Positions 1-12,449 of a stretch of 64,000 nucleotides of DNA are shown here, piece by piece. A model generated the notes under the pieces. That model saw nothing but the letters and a program-made list of their open reading frames with translations. It ran no database searches and was not told where the DNA came from. The translations under genes and the position numbers were made by a program. Within the stretch, counting starts at the first letter, position 1. The number at the start of each line of letters is the position of its first letter. Source of the stretch: Chiloscyllium plagiosum (lineage: Eukaryota); contig NC_057720.1 of assembly GCF_004010195.1 (NCBI RefSeq), positions 21,425,882-21,489,881 on the forward strand, in the 5' to 3' direction.

Positions 1-215
1 GATTACAGCTTTTTATGTCCTTATATATCTATTGTAGTGTTCTGAAAAATAAACAAATGGGAATAGAACCGCACATGAAATAGATGAGACAAGCAGGATG
101 CTGTGCTGGAGAACAGTGGGAGTCTCGATTATTCACCATATCCACCGCAGACGTCGTCAAGACCTTACTGCATGTTTTTTTGTCCTTTTCTGTACAGACA
201 ATACTGAGTAGTAAG

Positions 216-562
216 TGAGATGACAGGGTCATAGCAGTGTCAATAGTAATCCAGCAACCCAGGCTAATGCTGAGAGAGCATGGAGTCAAATTCAACCATG
301 ACAACTGAATAAAAAGTGGAATTGAATGCTCACCTTAGTAATGATGAAACTGTCATCAATTGCCATAAAATCCACCTAGTTTGCAAATCCTCTTTAGAGA
401 AGGAAATCTGCCATCCTTTTCTGGTCTGTCCTACATTTGACTCCAGAGGTATTGCGGCTGTCTCTTAACTGCCTTCCAAAATGGCCTAGCCAGCCTTCAG
501 TTAAAGGGAAGTTAAAGTTGGCCGGGAAGTTGACACCCACATAGTATCAAAGAATGAAAGAA
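216..562 (+). mobile_element. tRNA-derived SINE, decayed, with 3' tail shared with an L2/Crack-like LINE
   Basis: tRNA-like head (tagtaatccag...gctaatgct...), core ggaaatctgccatcct...ctggtctg.cctacat.tgactccaga. The same body recurs at 47645-47778 (-), 51631-51810 (+) and 58360-58558 (+). Confidence 0.7.
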
Positions 563-837
563 AGCCTGTTTGATCATAAAATGATGTCAACATAACCTAA
601 AAGAATCAAGTATCTGAGTACCTAAGTTTTACAAGTATGTAGTGGTGGTACATAAGGCATTCACATATTACAAAAGCCCTGATAAGTGAATGTAAAGAAT
701 AATATCCTTAAGGTAAATAATTTCAAACTTTTTTTGAAAGATGTAACATTAGGACAAGCATAACAGCACCAAAGGATCAGTATCAAATCAGAAGGTATAA
801 CATCCTTCGGGTGATGTTGCAGCAGAGATAATAGGAG

Positions 838-1010
838 CAGAATAAAGAACAGGAGCAGAAATAGACCAATCAGCACTTTGAGCCCGATTCACCTGACAAT
901 AAGACCATGGCTGAATTGATGTGGCTCTAACTCCATTTTCATACTGACGCCAATAATCCCTTGATTCCTTTATCAATCAAAAAACTTACAGATTTAACAT
1001 TAATTCCAGC
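838..1010 (-). mobile_element. CR1 LINE 3' end, decayed
   Basis: Reverse complement of the CR1 3' UTR (aggagcagaaatagaccaatcagc...aataagaccatggctga), similar to 4625-4875. Confidence 0.6.
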
Positions 1011-1367
1011 ATCGATTCAAAGTGACAGCAGAATTGATAAAACTAGAAAAAGAAAGCATGTGTCGGATAGCTTTCCAGCCTGAGAGAATGTATCGGTGAA
1101 AAATCAAAAGTTTGCAGGTCTCATATTGTCATAAGCTAAAGATAACTATTAAACCTGATGTACTGTTGACTTCTAAAAATTCAATGAAATATATGGTGAG
1201 CCAAGGTATGGGAGACAGATGCTGCTGCCTTATAATTTCCTTTCCTTTGAATTATACAAGGTCAACCAAAATACACAATTAAGCATACTATTTCTAAATT
1301 TGGACTTTAAAAAGACATTGCTTTTGTTTAAGAAATGAACTCTTTACAACTAAACCCAAGCACGGAT

Positions 1368-1676
1368 GGCTTTGGAGCTCACTGGTTGGCACTGCTGCCT
1401 CACAGCACCAGGGAGCCAGGTTCGATTCCAGCCTCGGGTGACTGTGTGGAGTTTGCACATTCTCCCTGTGTCTGTGTGGGTTTCCTCCGGGTGCTCCGGT
1501 TTCCACACACAGCCCAAAGATGTGCAGGTCAGGTGGATTGCCCAGGGGTGTGCAGGCGAGGTAGATTAGCCATGGGAAATGCAGGGTTATAGGGAATAGA
1601 TGTGGATCTGGATGGGATGTTCTTTGGAGGGTCAGTATGGGCCAAATGGCCTGCTTCCACACTGTGGGGATTCTAA
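1368..1676 (+). mobile_element. HE1-type V-SINE
   Basis: tRNA-like head with B box ggttcgattcc, V-domain tgtgtggagtttgcacattctccc...ggtgctccggtttcc, CR1-like tail. Near-identical bodies at 11519 and 31473. Confidence 0.9.
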
Positions 1677-1744
1677 GCGGATAACATGCCTCCTTTTGTC
1701 TGCACTTCCATGGAATAGCATCAGTGTTAAGGATTATTTGTTAT

Positions 1745-4210
1745 TTAAATTCACTCATGGAATGTAGGTGTTACTGGTTGGGCCATCTTTATTACTAATC
1801 CCCAGTTGCCCTTGAGAAGGTGCTGGTGAGCTGCCTTCTTAAACTGCTGTAGGTAAACTCACATTGCCATTTGGGAGGGAATTAAAGGAATTTAACCCCG
1901 CAACACGAAAGGACAGTAATATATTTCCAAGTCAGGATGGTGAGTGGCTTGGAAGGGAACTTTCATGTTGTAAAAACAGAAGTTGCTGGAAAAGCTCAGC
2001 AGGTCTGGTAGCACCTGTGAAGAGAAATCAAAGTCAATGTTTCGGGTCAGCAGACCTGAAATGCTAACTTTGATTTCCCTTCACAGGTCCTCCCAGACCT
2101 GTTGAGCTTTTCCAACAACTTCTGTTTCTGTTTCTGATTTACAGCATCTCCAGTTGTTTTGGATTTTCACTGTCAAGTAGTGGTGTTGCCGTGTATCTGC
2201 TAACCTTTTCCTCCTAGGTGGAAGCAGTTGTGGGTTTGGAAGAGGCTGTTTCAGGATCTTCGGTGAATTTCTGCAGTGCATCTTGTAGGTGGTACACACT
2301 GCTATTACTGAGCATCGGTGGTAGAGAAAATGGATGTTTGTGGATGTGGCGCCAAACAAACCAAATGCAATGTCCTGGTTGATGTCAAGTTTCTTGAATG
2401 TTATTAAAGTTTCACTCATCCAGTCAAATAGGGAGTATTTCATCACAATCCTGACTTCTGTCTTGCAGATGATGGATAGGCTTTGGGGAAGCAGGAGGTG
2501 AGTTATTTGCTGCAGGGTTCCTATTCTTTTAGCCACTGTGTTTATGTTGTGAGTCCAGTTCAGTTTCTGGTCAATGGTAGCCTTCAAGTTGTTGATAGTG
2601 GGGAATTCAGTGATGGTAGCACTTTGATGTCAGGGGAGTGTGGTTAAGTTGTCTCTTTATTGGGTATGATCATTGCCTGGCATTTGTGTGGTATGAATAT
2701 TACTTGTCACTTGTCAGCCTTAGCCAGGATATTATCCAGGTCTTGTTGTACTTGAAGATGGACTGCTTCAGCATCTGAGTCCTAAATTATGTTGAACATT
2801 TTTTGATGACAACTGCTCATCACCACTTCTGACCTTACAATGGAGGGATGGACATTGATGAAGCACCCAAAAGTGTTTGGGCCTAGGACATTATCTTGCA
2901 GAGATGTCCTGGAACTGAGATGACTGACCTCAACAACCACAACCATCTTCCTACTTGCCCAGTATAACTACAACCAGTAGAGTGTTTTTCCCTGATTGTC
3001 ATTGACTCCAGTTTTGTCAGGGTACCTTGATGTCTTAATGCAGTCCTGATATCAAGGGCTATGATTCTTACTCTCAAATTCAGCTCTTTTGTCCATGTTT
3101 GAACCAAGGCTGTAATGAGGTCAAGAGCTGAGTGGCCCTGGCAGAACCCAAACTGGGCATCATTGAGCAGGTTATGGTTGAGCACCTACTGCTTGATAGC
3201 ACTGTTGATGGCATCTTTTTCTAATGATTGAGAATAGGTAATTGGCTAAGTTAGATTTGTCCATCCGTTCGTGTAGAGGATATACCTGGGTGATTTTCCA
3301 CATTGTTGGGTAAATACGTGCGCTTGCCGAGGAATGTGGCACATCTGGTGCACGTCTCAGTACTATCGCCAGAATATTGTCAGGGTCCATAGTGATTGAA
3401 ATATCCAATGCCTCAAATAATTTCATGATATCATGTGGAATGAATCAAATTGGCCAAAGACTGAATCTGTGATGTTAGGGCCCTCTGGAGGAGACTGTGA
3501 TGGACCATCCACTGGATACTTCTGGCTGACAATGTTGTGAATGTTTCAGACTTAACCTTTGATGATGGACTTGCCCATCACTGTGGATGAAGAAATTTAT
3601 GGACTCTCCTCCTCCAATGAGTGCTAAATTGTCCATTACCATTCATGACTGGATGTGGAAGCACTGCTTGGTTGAGGGATTGTTCATCCCTTGGTTATAG
3701 TATTGTTTAGCTGTATGCATCAGTACCTATTTATGCTACTTGATACATAAGTAGCTCTGCTTTGAGGCTTTCCCAGGTCGACACATCATTTTTTTGCAGC
3801 CTGGTGCTGCTCTTGATATGCGTTCCTACAAGCTTCATTGAACCAGAGTTGATTCTGTGGCTTTATAGTAATGGTAGAGTGGTGGATATGCTGGGCCATG
3901 AGATTGCAGATTGCGTTGATGGTTCTGCTGTTGATGGTCCACAGTGCCTCATGGATGCCCAAACTTGGGTTGTTAAATCTGTTGAAAGTCTGTCCCATTC
4001 AGCACAGTGTCAGTGCCACGCAACATGGTGAAGGATATTCTCAATATCAAGACGAGACTTTGTCTCCATAAGGACTCTGCAGTGGTCACTCTTACCAACA
4101 CTGTCATGGACAGATGATTCTGCAGCAGGCAGATGTGTGAGGATGAGGTGAAATATGTTTTCACCTCTTATTAGTCCGCTCACCCCTTGTCACAGATCCA
4201 GTCTAGATGA
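1745..4210 (-). mobile_element. L2/Crack-like (CR1-group) LINE, decayed ORF2 and 3' tail
   Basis: Fragmented minus-strand peptides QFGFCQGHSALDLITALVQTW, IIALDIRTA, IDQKLNWTHNI, PTMWKITQVYPLH are RT-region motifs. Interrupted by a PLE piece at 1972-2167. Confidence 0.85.
1972..2167. mobile_element. PLE terminal-repeat fragment (family B), fold-back arrangement
   Basis: 1972-2048 is an imperfect inverted copy of 2053-2127; body matches 11858, 38742 and 48829. Confidence 0.75.
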
Positions 4211-4624
4211 TGGGTATGAATTTTGGTTTGAATAAATTGCATCTTTATTACAGGATTTTATCTTGATTTGTCATGCCATTTATTAAAGTCAATTTATCAC
4301 TGTCTGTAACTGTGTTGGGATGTTTGACCAAGTAGCTTTGTATTGAACTATGAATATAAATATTAATTATCTACTTGGTAGTACAGAACTTGAGTATTAC
4401 TAAAAAGACAGTCATGCTGTGAAAGCTAACATCTTCAGTTCTCTCCTGATGGCTACAAGATGAAAAGTAGTGACCCCAAACTCTTTTCTCAGCAATGGAA
4501 ATTTTAATGAATAAACAATATACTCAGGTATTCAAGTATTTTCCCTCAAATCTGTTAATTTGAAAAATATCAACATATATTAATTTTAGGAAAATATCCT
4601 TCTGTAGATCATTTAAATGTAAAC

Positions 4625-4875
4625 GTAGAAACATAGAAGACAGGAGCAGGAGTAGGCCATTCAAGCCTGATCCACCATTCAACATGATCATGGCTGATCA
4701 TCCAACTCAGTCCCATATTCCAGCTTTCTGCTTATAATCTTTGATCCCTTTAGCCCTAAGAGCTACATCTAACTCCTTCTTGGATACATTTAATATTTTG
4801 GCCTCAACTGTTTCCTGTGGCAGAGAATTCCATAGACTCACTACTCTCTGAGTGAAGAAATTTCTCTTCAACTCA
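4625..4875 (-). mobile_element. CR1 LINE 3' end
   Basis: ORF2 C-terminus RNFFTQRVVSLWNSLPQETVEA plus 3' UTR. Confidence 0.85.
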
Positions 4876-5074
4876 TTTAGCGTAAAGCCAATACGTTTAG
4901 GAAAATGTTGCAACATGTGGAACTTGTTGACAGGATCAAAACTTATCTCCATGACTGATCTTTATGCAGGTTTTTAACAGCATATTAATTGCCTTCCATA
5001 TACAAAGAACCACCCAGCTGATGTCAACAATCACAAGGTAAGTTACCTGGTCTTAACGTGCTAAAGTATTGAGC

Positions 5075-5221
5075 ATAAATTTTTAATCTCTTAGGGAATG
5101 AAGGGATAAGGTGAGAGTGCTGGTAAGTGGTGTTGAAATGCCCATCAACCATGATTGAATGGCAGAGTGGACCTGATGGGCCAAATGGCCTTACTTCCAC
5201 TCCTATGTCTTATGGTCTTAT
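5075..5221 (+). mobile_element. CR1 LINE 3' UTR
   Basis: ccatgattgaatggcagag...gggccaaatggcc...tcctatgtcttatggtcttat tail. Confidence 0.75.
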
Positions 5222-5679
5222 AATTCTTTCCCAAAGCTTGCCAGCTCAATCTCAAAGGATTGCCAAGGTTTGTCTCATTACATTTTCATTCAGATCTCAT
5301 GGTTTGCTTAGAGCTTGCCTATTACAGGAGGGCCAGGAATAGCACATATTTGAAGTTCATCATTTATTAGAGAATGTGTTAAGTAATATACAAGGTGTAA
5401 GAATTGTCTGGCAATCAGGTTCAACTCTGATACTGCATGCTTCCTGGAAGAAATGCCGCAACGATGATCTTTCATTACATTTCCAGGACAGGTGTGCCTC
5501 GGTTGTAGATCCAGGTTTCTCGGTTATTAAATAATTCTAGTGCTCACTGCCACATCTCACATTCTTCTTCATTCTACACAACACAAACATGGGGGAAATC
5601 ATCATTTTCAAGATTGTAATGTAGACAAGCTAGCAGCAGAAATTTGTCAACAACAATGAGAAAACTATCCCAACAAAAT

Positions 5680-5975
5680 TTTTGATTTGATTTATTTGAC
5701 TTGATTTGATTTATTATTACTGAGGTACAGTTGTCTTACATGCTTTGTAGGCAGATTGTACTATACAATTGCATCAGGATAACAGAACAGAGTACAACAT
5801 TACAACTGCTGGGAAGGTGCAGAGAAAAATCAACATTAGCGTTAAAGAGGTCCATTCAAAAGTCTGACAACAGAAGAGAATACGCTGTTCTTGAATCTCT
5901 TTGTACTTCTATACAAACTCAGGCAAGGGTGGCAGAGAGTAAAACTAGGGTGGGAGGTGTCTTTGATTATGTTGA
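5680..5975 (-). mobile_element. Rex1/Babar-like LINE 3' end (copy 1)
   Basis: (tttga)n tail; parallels 5976-6320 along its length. Confidence 0.65.
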
Positions 5976-8640
5976 TTTGAAATGATTTGCTTTGATTTAT
6001 TATTATGACATGTACCTAAGTACAGTGAAAAATTTAGTTTTGCACGCATTACAGGCAAATCATATCATACAAAGATCATAGATTGGTTGAGCAGAGCGAA
6101 GAATATAAAGCTACGCCTGCAAAAGAGGTGCATAAAAAGCAAGATTAATATTAGATTTGAAATTTGAGGGGCTCATTCAGAAATCCAATAATAGCGGGGA
6201 AGAAGCTGCTTTTGAACTTGTTGGTATGTGTGTTTAAGCTTTTGTATCTTCTGCCTGACAGAAGAGGTTTGAAAAGATTATAATTGGGGTGGGAGAGGTC
6301 TTTGATGATGTTGACTGCCTTCCCAAAGTGAGAAGTGTAGGTGGAGTCAATGGATGGAAGGTTGGCTTGCATGATTTTCTGGGCCGTCTTCACAACTTTC
6401 TGTAATTTCTTATGTTCCTGGTCAGAGCAGTTGCCATACCAAACTATAATGCTTCCAGATAGAATGCTTTCTATGGCATATCTAAAAATGTTGGTGAGAG
6501 TCCTTACCAAGGAGGGAGGAGATTGCAGAGCCTTTGGCTTTGATCTTTATGACATCATTGTCTACAGGAATAGTGCCAGAAGACTGGAGGATAGCAAATG
6601 TTGTTCCCTTCTTCAAGAAGGGGAGTAGAGACAACAATGGTAGTTATAGACCAGTGAGCCTTACTTCAGTTGTGGGTAAAGTGTTGGAAAGGATTATAAT
6701 AAAGAGGATTTATATTCATCTAGAAACAAATAAGTTGATTAGGGGTGGTCAAACACAGTTTTGTGAAGGGTAGTCTATGCCTCATCAACCTTATTGAGTT
6801 CTTTGAGAAGGTGACCAATTAGTTGGGTGAGGGTAAAGCAGTTGATGTGGTATATATGGATTTCAGTAAGGCATTTGATAAGATTCCCCATGGTAGGCTA
6901 TTGCAGAAAACACAGAGGCATGGGATTGAGGGTGATTTAGTGATTTGCATCAGAAGTTGGTTAGCTGAAAGAAGACAAAGCATGAACATTGATAGGACAT
7001 GTTCATCCTGGAGTTCAGTTATTAGTGATGTGCCACGAGGGTCTATTTTGGGGCTACTGTTGTTTGTCATTTCTATAAATGACCTGGATGAGGGTGTAGA
7101 AGGATGGGCTAGTAAATTTGTGGATAACACTAAGGTTGGTAGAGTTATGGATAGTGTGGAAGGATGTTGCAGGTTACAGAGATACATAGATAAGCTGCAA
7201 AGCTGGGCTGAGAGTTGGCAAATGGAGTTTAATGCAGAAAAGTATGAGATGATTCACTTTGGAAGAAGTAACAGGAATGCACAGTACTAGGCTAATGGTA
7301 AGGTTCATGGTATTGTGGATGGGTGGAGAGATCTTGGTGTCCATCTGCATAGATCCCTGAAAATTGCCACCCAGGTTGACAGGGTTGTTAAGAAGGCACA
7401 CGGTGTGTTAGGTTGTATTGGTAGAAGGATTGAGTTTCAAAGCCATGAAGTCATATTGCAGCTGTAAAAAACTCTAGTGTTGCCACACTTGGAGTATTGC
7501 CTATAATTCTGGTCGCTGCATTATAGGAAGGTTGTTGAAGCACTGGAAAGGGTGCAGAGAAGACTTACCAGGATGTCACCTGGTATGGAGGGAAGGTCTT
7601 ATGAGGAAAGACTGAGGGACTTGAGGCTGTTTTCATTAGAGAGAAGGAGGTTGAGAGGTGACTTAATGGAGACATACAAAATGATCAGAGGATTAGATAG
7701 GTTGGACAGTGAGAGCCTTTTTCCCCGGTTAGTGATGGCTAACACGAGGGGACATAACTTTAAATTGAGGGGTGTTAGATATAGGACAGATGTCAGAGGT
7801 AGGTTTTTTATACAGAGTAGTAAAGGCATGGATTGCCCTGCCTGCAACAGTAGTAGACTTGCCAACTTTAAGGACATTTAAATGGTCATTGGATAAACAT
7901 ATGGATGATAATGGAATAGTGTATGTTAGGTGGGCTTTAGATTGGTTTCACGGGTCGGCGCAACATCAAGGGCCGACGGGCCTGTACTGCACTGTAACAT
8001 TCTATGTCCTTATAGACATGTTGAATTTTCTTAGCCTCCTGAGGAAGAAGAGGTGTTGTTGTGCCTTCTTGACCATCACATCAATGTGTGTGGCCCAGGA
8101 CAGATTGTCGGTGATCATCCCTCCTCAGAACTTGACGCTCTCAACCATCTCCACTTCAGTTCCATTGATATAGATAGGGGTGTGTTCTCCTCCTTGCTTC
8201 CTGAAGTCGGTGATCAGCTCTTTACTTTTGTTAACGTTGAAGAAGAGAGTGTTATCTTTACCCCATGCCACCAAGCACTCTATCTCTTTCCTGCATTCTG
8301 TCTGTCATTGTTTGATATCAGGCCTATAATGGTGGTGTTGTCAGCGAACGTGTAGGTATAGTTGAGATGAAAATTGCCCACATAGTCATGAGTGTACAGG
8401 GAGTACAGTAAGAGGCTGAGTACACAATCTTGCAGAATGTTGTGGAGGAGGTGCAGTTGCCCATCCTTACTGATTGCGGTCTATGGGTCTGGAATTCGAG
8501 GATCCAGTTATAGAGGGCAGATCCAAGACTTAGGTTTGAGTGTGGGATTATAGTGTTGAAGGCGGAGCTATAGTCAATAAGTACCCAATGTTGGTCTCCT
8601 TATTATCAGATGTTTCAGGGATGAATGTAGGGGAAGGGAG
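5976..8640 (-). mobile_element. Rex1/Babar-like LINE (copy 2), split by a CR1 insertion
   Basis: Minus-strand peptides [11 protein letters not shown] (~8570), YTHD...[11 protein letters not shown] (~8320-8400) and AIESILSGSIIVWYGNC...LLSGRRYKS...FKSSFFPAII (6151-6510). Confidence 0.85.
6507..8005 (+). mobile_element. CR1 (HER1-like) LINE, 5'-truncated, disrupted RT
   Basis: VPEDWRIANVVPFFKKG...YRPVSLTSVVGK, VDVVYMDFSKAFDKIPH, SKFVDNTK, LERRRLRGDL with stops and frameshifts. Flanked by direct repeat gtcctta at 6500-6506 and 8006-8012. Confidence 0.95.
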
Positions 8641-8699
8641 ATGACATCAGCTGTGGACCTGTATGCCAATAGGCAAATTGCAAGGGATGGAGGCAGACT

Positions 8700-9008
8700 G
8701 GAGGCTGGAGTTGACATGAGCTTTGTTGGTTGCTTTCCTGAGACAGCGGTAAATATAGATGAAGTCAGTGGCTGGGAGGCTGGTTTGTGTGATGGACTGG
8801 ACTGTGTTCACAACTCTCTGTAGTTTCTTTTGGTCTTGCAAAGAGCTGTTTCCTTACTACGCTGTGGTGCATCTGGATCGGATGCTTTGTATAGTGCATC
8901 TATAAAAATTTGTAAGAGTCTTTATGGACATGATGAATTTCTTTAGCCTCCTGAGGAAGTAGAGGCGTTGCTTTGCTTTCTTGTCCATAGTGTCAACATG
9001 GGTGGACT
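8700..9008 (-). mobile_element. Rex1/Babar-like LINE fragment (copy 3)
   Basis: KKAKQRLYFLRRLKKF...TLTNFYRCTIQSI and QDQKKLQRVVNTVQSI. Confidence 0.85.
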
Positions 9009-10169
9009 CGGAGAGTTTGCGATGATCTCTCACTCCCAGATTAGCTGCAAAGAGAAAAAAAGGCACTTAGCACAAAGCTAATTATAAATGCTATACTCTG
9101 ATATTGCACTTGTAATGTAGTTATTTTAAATATTAAAGGTAATTGTAGCAAGTCAAGCTATTGATGCCAATGGCATCATGTAAATATAGTGAAAAGGAAG
9201 AAACTGGAAAATATGGAGTATTTCAATAGGATAAAACTATAATGTTAGTTGGTATTATTGGTAGGAAAATGGGGTGGTGATTACATCAAAGCACAGGGAT
9301 ATTGTTGAAACAATATAGATGAAAAAGGCAATGAAGCAGTAATCAGTGACTGCTATAGACCACAATAGGAAGAGGGAGAAAAAAACTGATACAGAATTAT
9401 TTGGAAAAGTAAAAAGAGCTGGCAAAGTATATTATGCATGGAAGTCTTCAACATGCTGAAGAGATTTAAACTGATTAAGCAGATGGCTAAAAAAATGGCA
9501 GATGGATTGAAACATGGCAGATGGAATTTAATGAAAAATACATGAAAGGGCCATTTTTAAGTAGAATCAGATTTGGGTTTGATTATTGTTCAATGTATCT
9601 AGCAAATGTGAAGCAGGTGTCCAGAAGACCAAATCAGAAATAACGAAGCCAATTCTAGCAGTGCCATGTGTTATTGGTGACTGTACCATAGTAAGGGCTG
9701 AGATAGATTGGTAAAAGGGAGTTGAATACTTCCAGGACCTTAAATAACTTAGAAAGACTGAGATAGTGAATGTCTTTGCAAAAGAAAAACAATACTGAGT
9801 GGAGATACGGTAAACAAGTGTGTAACAATGAAGAGCATAGTTAATGTTGAGGTAAGCAAATTTGAATGGTAGACACAAATTTTCTTTGAGTCCATTTTTC
9901 TGTGCTAATGTTGGCTATACAATCAGTTACATAATATACAAGGAACCTTGTTAATTTGATTAGTGGTAACTATCTGTGAGTTCAAATGTATTAATTTAGT
10001 GCTAACAGTTATGGAAGATAAAAAAATGATTGCCTTTATATTTGCATAACAACAATGACCAGGAATCTTTCGAAAGAATATAGGCGCTGGATCTTGGCAT
10101 ACCATCTCAAATAGTTCACTTTAGGATGTAATATTTTGTATTATGTACCACTGGGGATTAGTGAGGATA

Positions 10170-10262
10170 GATTAGAGTGTTGCTGGAAAAGCACAGCAGG
10201 TCAGGCAGCATCCGAGGAGTAGGAAAATCAACGTTTCGGGCAAAAGTCCTTCATTAGGACTC
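10170..10262 (-). mobile_element. PLE terminal-repeat fragment (family A) with mutated hammerhead
   Basis: Matches the 3' end of the PLE at 60400-60535; core reads CTAATGA..GAAACGT on the minus strand; 13-bp direct repeats with 1 mismatch. Confidence 0.8.
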
Positions 10263-11518
10263 ATTAGGGAGGATACCTAATTCTGTCCTTTTACTTGGTT
10301 TACTCCACCAGAAAATTTACTTGAAGTACTTTCTAACATTTCCCAATGTAAGGGGAAGTACACAAGATTCAATAAACTGCAAATGAAAATTTGAAATTGC
10401 ATCATTATATTGATTCCATGAAGTGAGTTGTCCCCACTGTCAGCAAAATGGCAGCAGTCCTATGTAGAATAACCCTAGCAAGGCCTTTGATTAAAAATTT
10501 GGGCTGCTTGACTCCTTAGGCAGTATCTATCTCACAGTCCACTAATAAGAAATGTCCCAGCAATGGGACTGTATGTTGGGGAGCCATTTTGTATGGTTCC
10601 AAGCTATTTTACCACCTTCCCCATCCAACCCTATCATCTCTGTTACCACTAATCAGGAACTAGTAAAGTCTGCCCAATTTATTAAATCTTCGATCTTTGA
10701 ATTCAATTGTCCCCTGCAGGTACAGCCTGATTTGCTCTGCATTGTCAGTGTTAGTCTGCTTTGATTTCAGATCTCCAACAACTGCAAAATTTTGCTTTAA
10801 AATCTGCTCAGTTCACTGCTTCAAATCAGATCACTTTAATGAGATTATTGCATTTAATGACTTGGAAAGACTCAACCAACTTCAGACAGATGTTACAAAT
10901 AGCAGATATCCAATTTTACAAGCAACCCACAGACAAAATCAAATCATAATCACCTACCAGCCAAGCCAATTACTGTACATTTGGAGTATGGACTTTTGAG
11001 AAGGCCCTTAATAATTTTAAAATGTATTACATTGATGCAATTTCTTGAAACATTTTAACAATCAAATCTCAAAAGAGTAGCTTGGCTAGAGCTCTTCCTT
11101 CCATTTATTCCCACTCTATTCAATCATCACAGTAGAAATAGCTCCTGTATGTCTGTGTCTTTGCAATTAAGACTAATCGTTTTCTAAGTCACTGATGTAA
11201 GATGTTTGGTGATTCGTCATTGAAGCAAGAGTCAGGAAATGAATAAGGAGGGATGCTTGATTGGTTTAACGCCAGGAAATGGTGTAATATGACTTCATCA
11301 GCTTAGTGACAAGTCTAATTTAAACTTGCTATCTGTCTAGTCTAGAACTGCTGCTGATTAGTTGAAGTTCCTGGGAGAAGTTAATCTATAGAACAAGGCT
11401 GTTGGACTTTGAAGTATGAAAACCTTACCATGATGGCCAATTGGATTTAAAAGTTCGAACATCTGGCCCTACTTCTTATCCCTGAAACCATCGAATGTGA
11501 AGTTGCTAACGTTGGCAC

Positions 11519-11830
11519 AGGGCGGCACAGTGGCTCAGTGGTTAGCACTGCTACCTCACACTGCCAGGGTCCCAGGTTCGTCTCCAGCCTCGGGTGACTC
11601 TCTGTGTGGAGTTTGCACATTCTCTCTGTGTCTGTGTGGGTTTCCTCTGGGTACTCCGGTTTCCTCCCACGTTCCAAAGATGTGTAGGTCAGGTGAATTG
11701 GTCATGCTAAATTGTCCATAGTTGTTAGGAGCATGAGTCGGGGGGGGTGGGTTACTCTTCGGAGGGTCAGTGTGGACTTGTTGGGCCGAAGGGCCTGTTT
11801 CCACACTGTAGGGAATCTAATCATTTAATC
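11519..11830 (+). mobile_element. HE1-type V-SINE, full length
   Basis: gggcggcacagtggctcagtggttagcac A-box head, V-domain, tail gggccgaagggcctgtttccacactgtagggaatctaatc. Confidence 0.92.
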
Positions 11831-11857
11831 TGCCTGCCACTGAGCCAATAAGTTCAA

Positions 11858-11985
11858 TAAAACAAGAGAACTGCGGATTATGGAGATCTGAAACAAAAAC
11901 TGAAATTGCTGAAGAAGCCCAGCAGGTCTGGCAGCATCTGTGGAGAGAAAACAGAATTAATGTTTTCAGTCCAGTGACTCAAATA
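11858..11985 (-). mobile_element. PLE terminal-repeat fragment (family B)
   Basis: cagcaggtctggcagcatctgtggagagaaa body shared with 1972, 25883, 27500, 38742 and 48829. Confidence 0.7.
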
Positions 11986-12449
11986 TCTGACTCGCCCCTC
12001 CTGCCTATTTTGTAGGCAGCATCTTAATGGCTAGCTGTCCAACTGGAAAAGAAAATATTCTGTGATTTGTAGTATGCTTACATAAGACCTAGTGGTGATT
12101 TGGATCTTGGAGGTGGATTATTTTTGGCTCATTCGATGATATTTACTATGGCTAAATTAGGTCAGGTACAATATTTGATGAACTACACACAAACCTCTGA
12201 AAGAAGTCTATAGCCCTTGCTCCTTTGCCTCTGTCAATCCAGGTAAATAAGCAAAGAAGGCACTGCAGTGAGGAATGCAAAAACATTCTGAGACCATAAC
12301 AGAGGTTTGTGGTCTCAGAATTCTCTACATATTCAATTTAATGTAAAATAATGGTTTTCAAAATTTAAATATTCCATTGTTAAAATATGCACCAATATCA
12401 CAAGGGGGCTTTTGGATCTTTTTCAGTGGTGGGAATTTGACTCTTGTAT

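Noticed and set aside
1..60. Strong minus-strand splice acceptor (tttgtttatttttcag) as a possible exon 2 for the leader exon
   Set aside because: All three frames hit a stop within 30 nt (phase 1 gives EHYNRYIRT*), and no donor precedes the stop.
1294..1662. ORFs over HE1 SINEs (also 11447-11804 and 31491-31775)
   Set aside because: Similar peptides recur only because the SINE is repeated; not genes.
1972..2127. DNA-transposon MITE or miRNA precursor
   Set aside because: The arms are PLE terminal-repeat sequence that also occurs unpaired elsewhere, and the right arm extends beyond the left.
11519..11595. tRNA gene
   Set aside because: The tRNA-like A/B boxes are the SINE head and continue into the V-domain; no complete cloverleaf.
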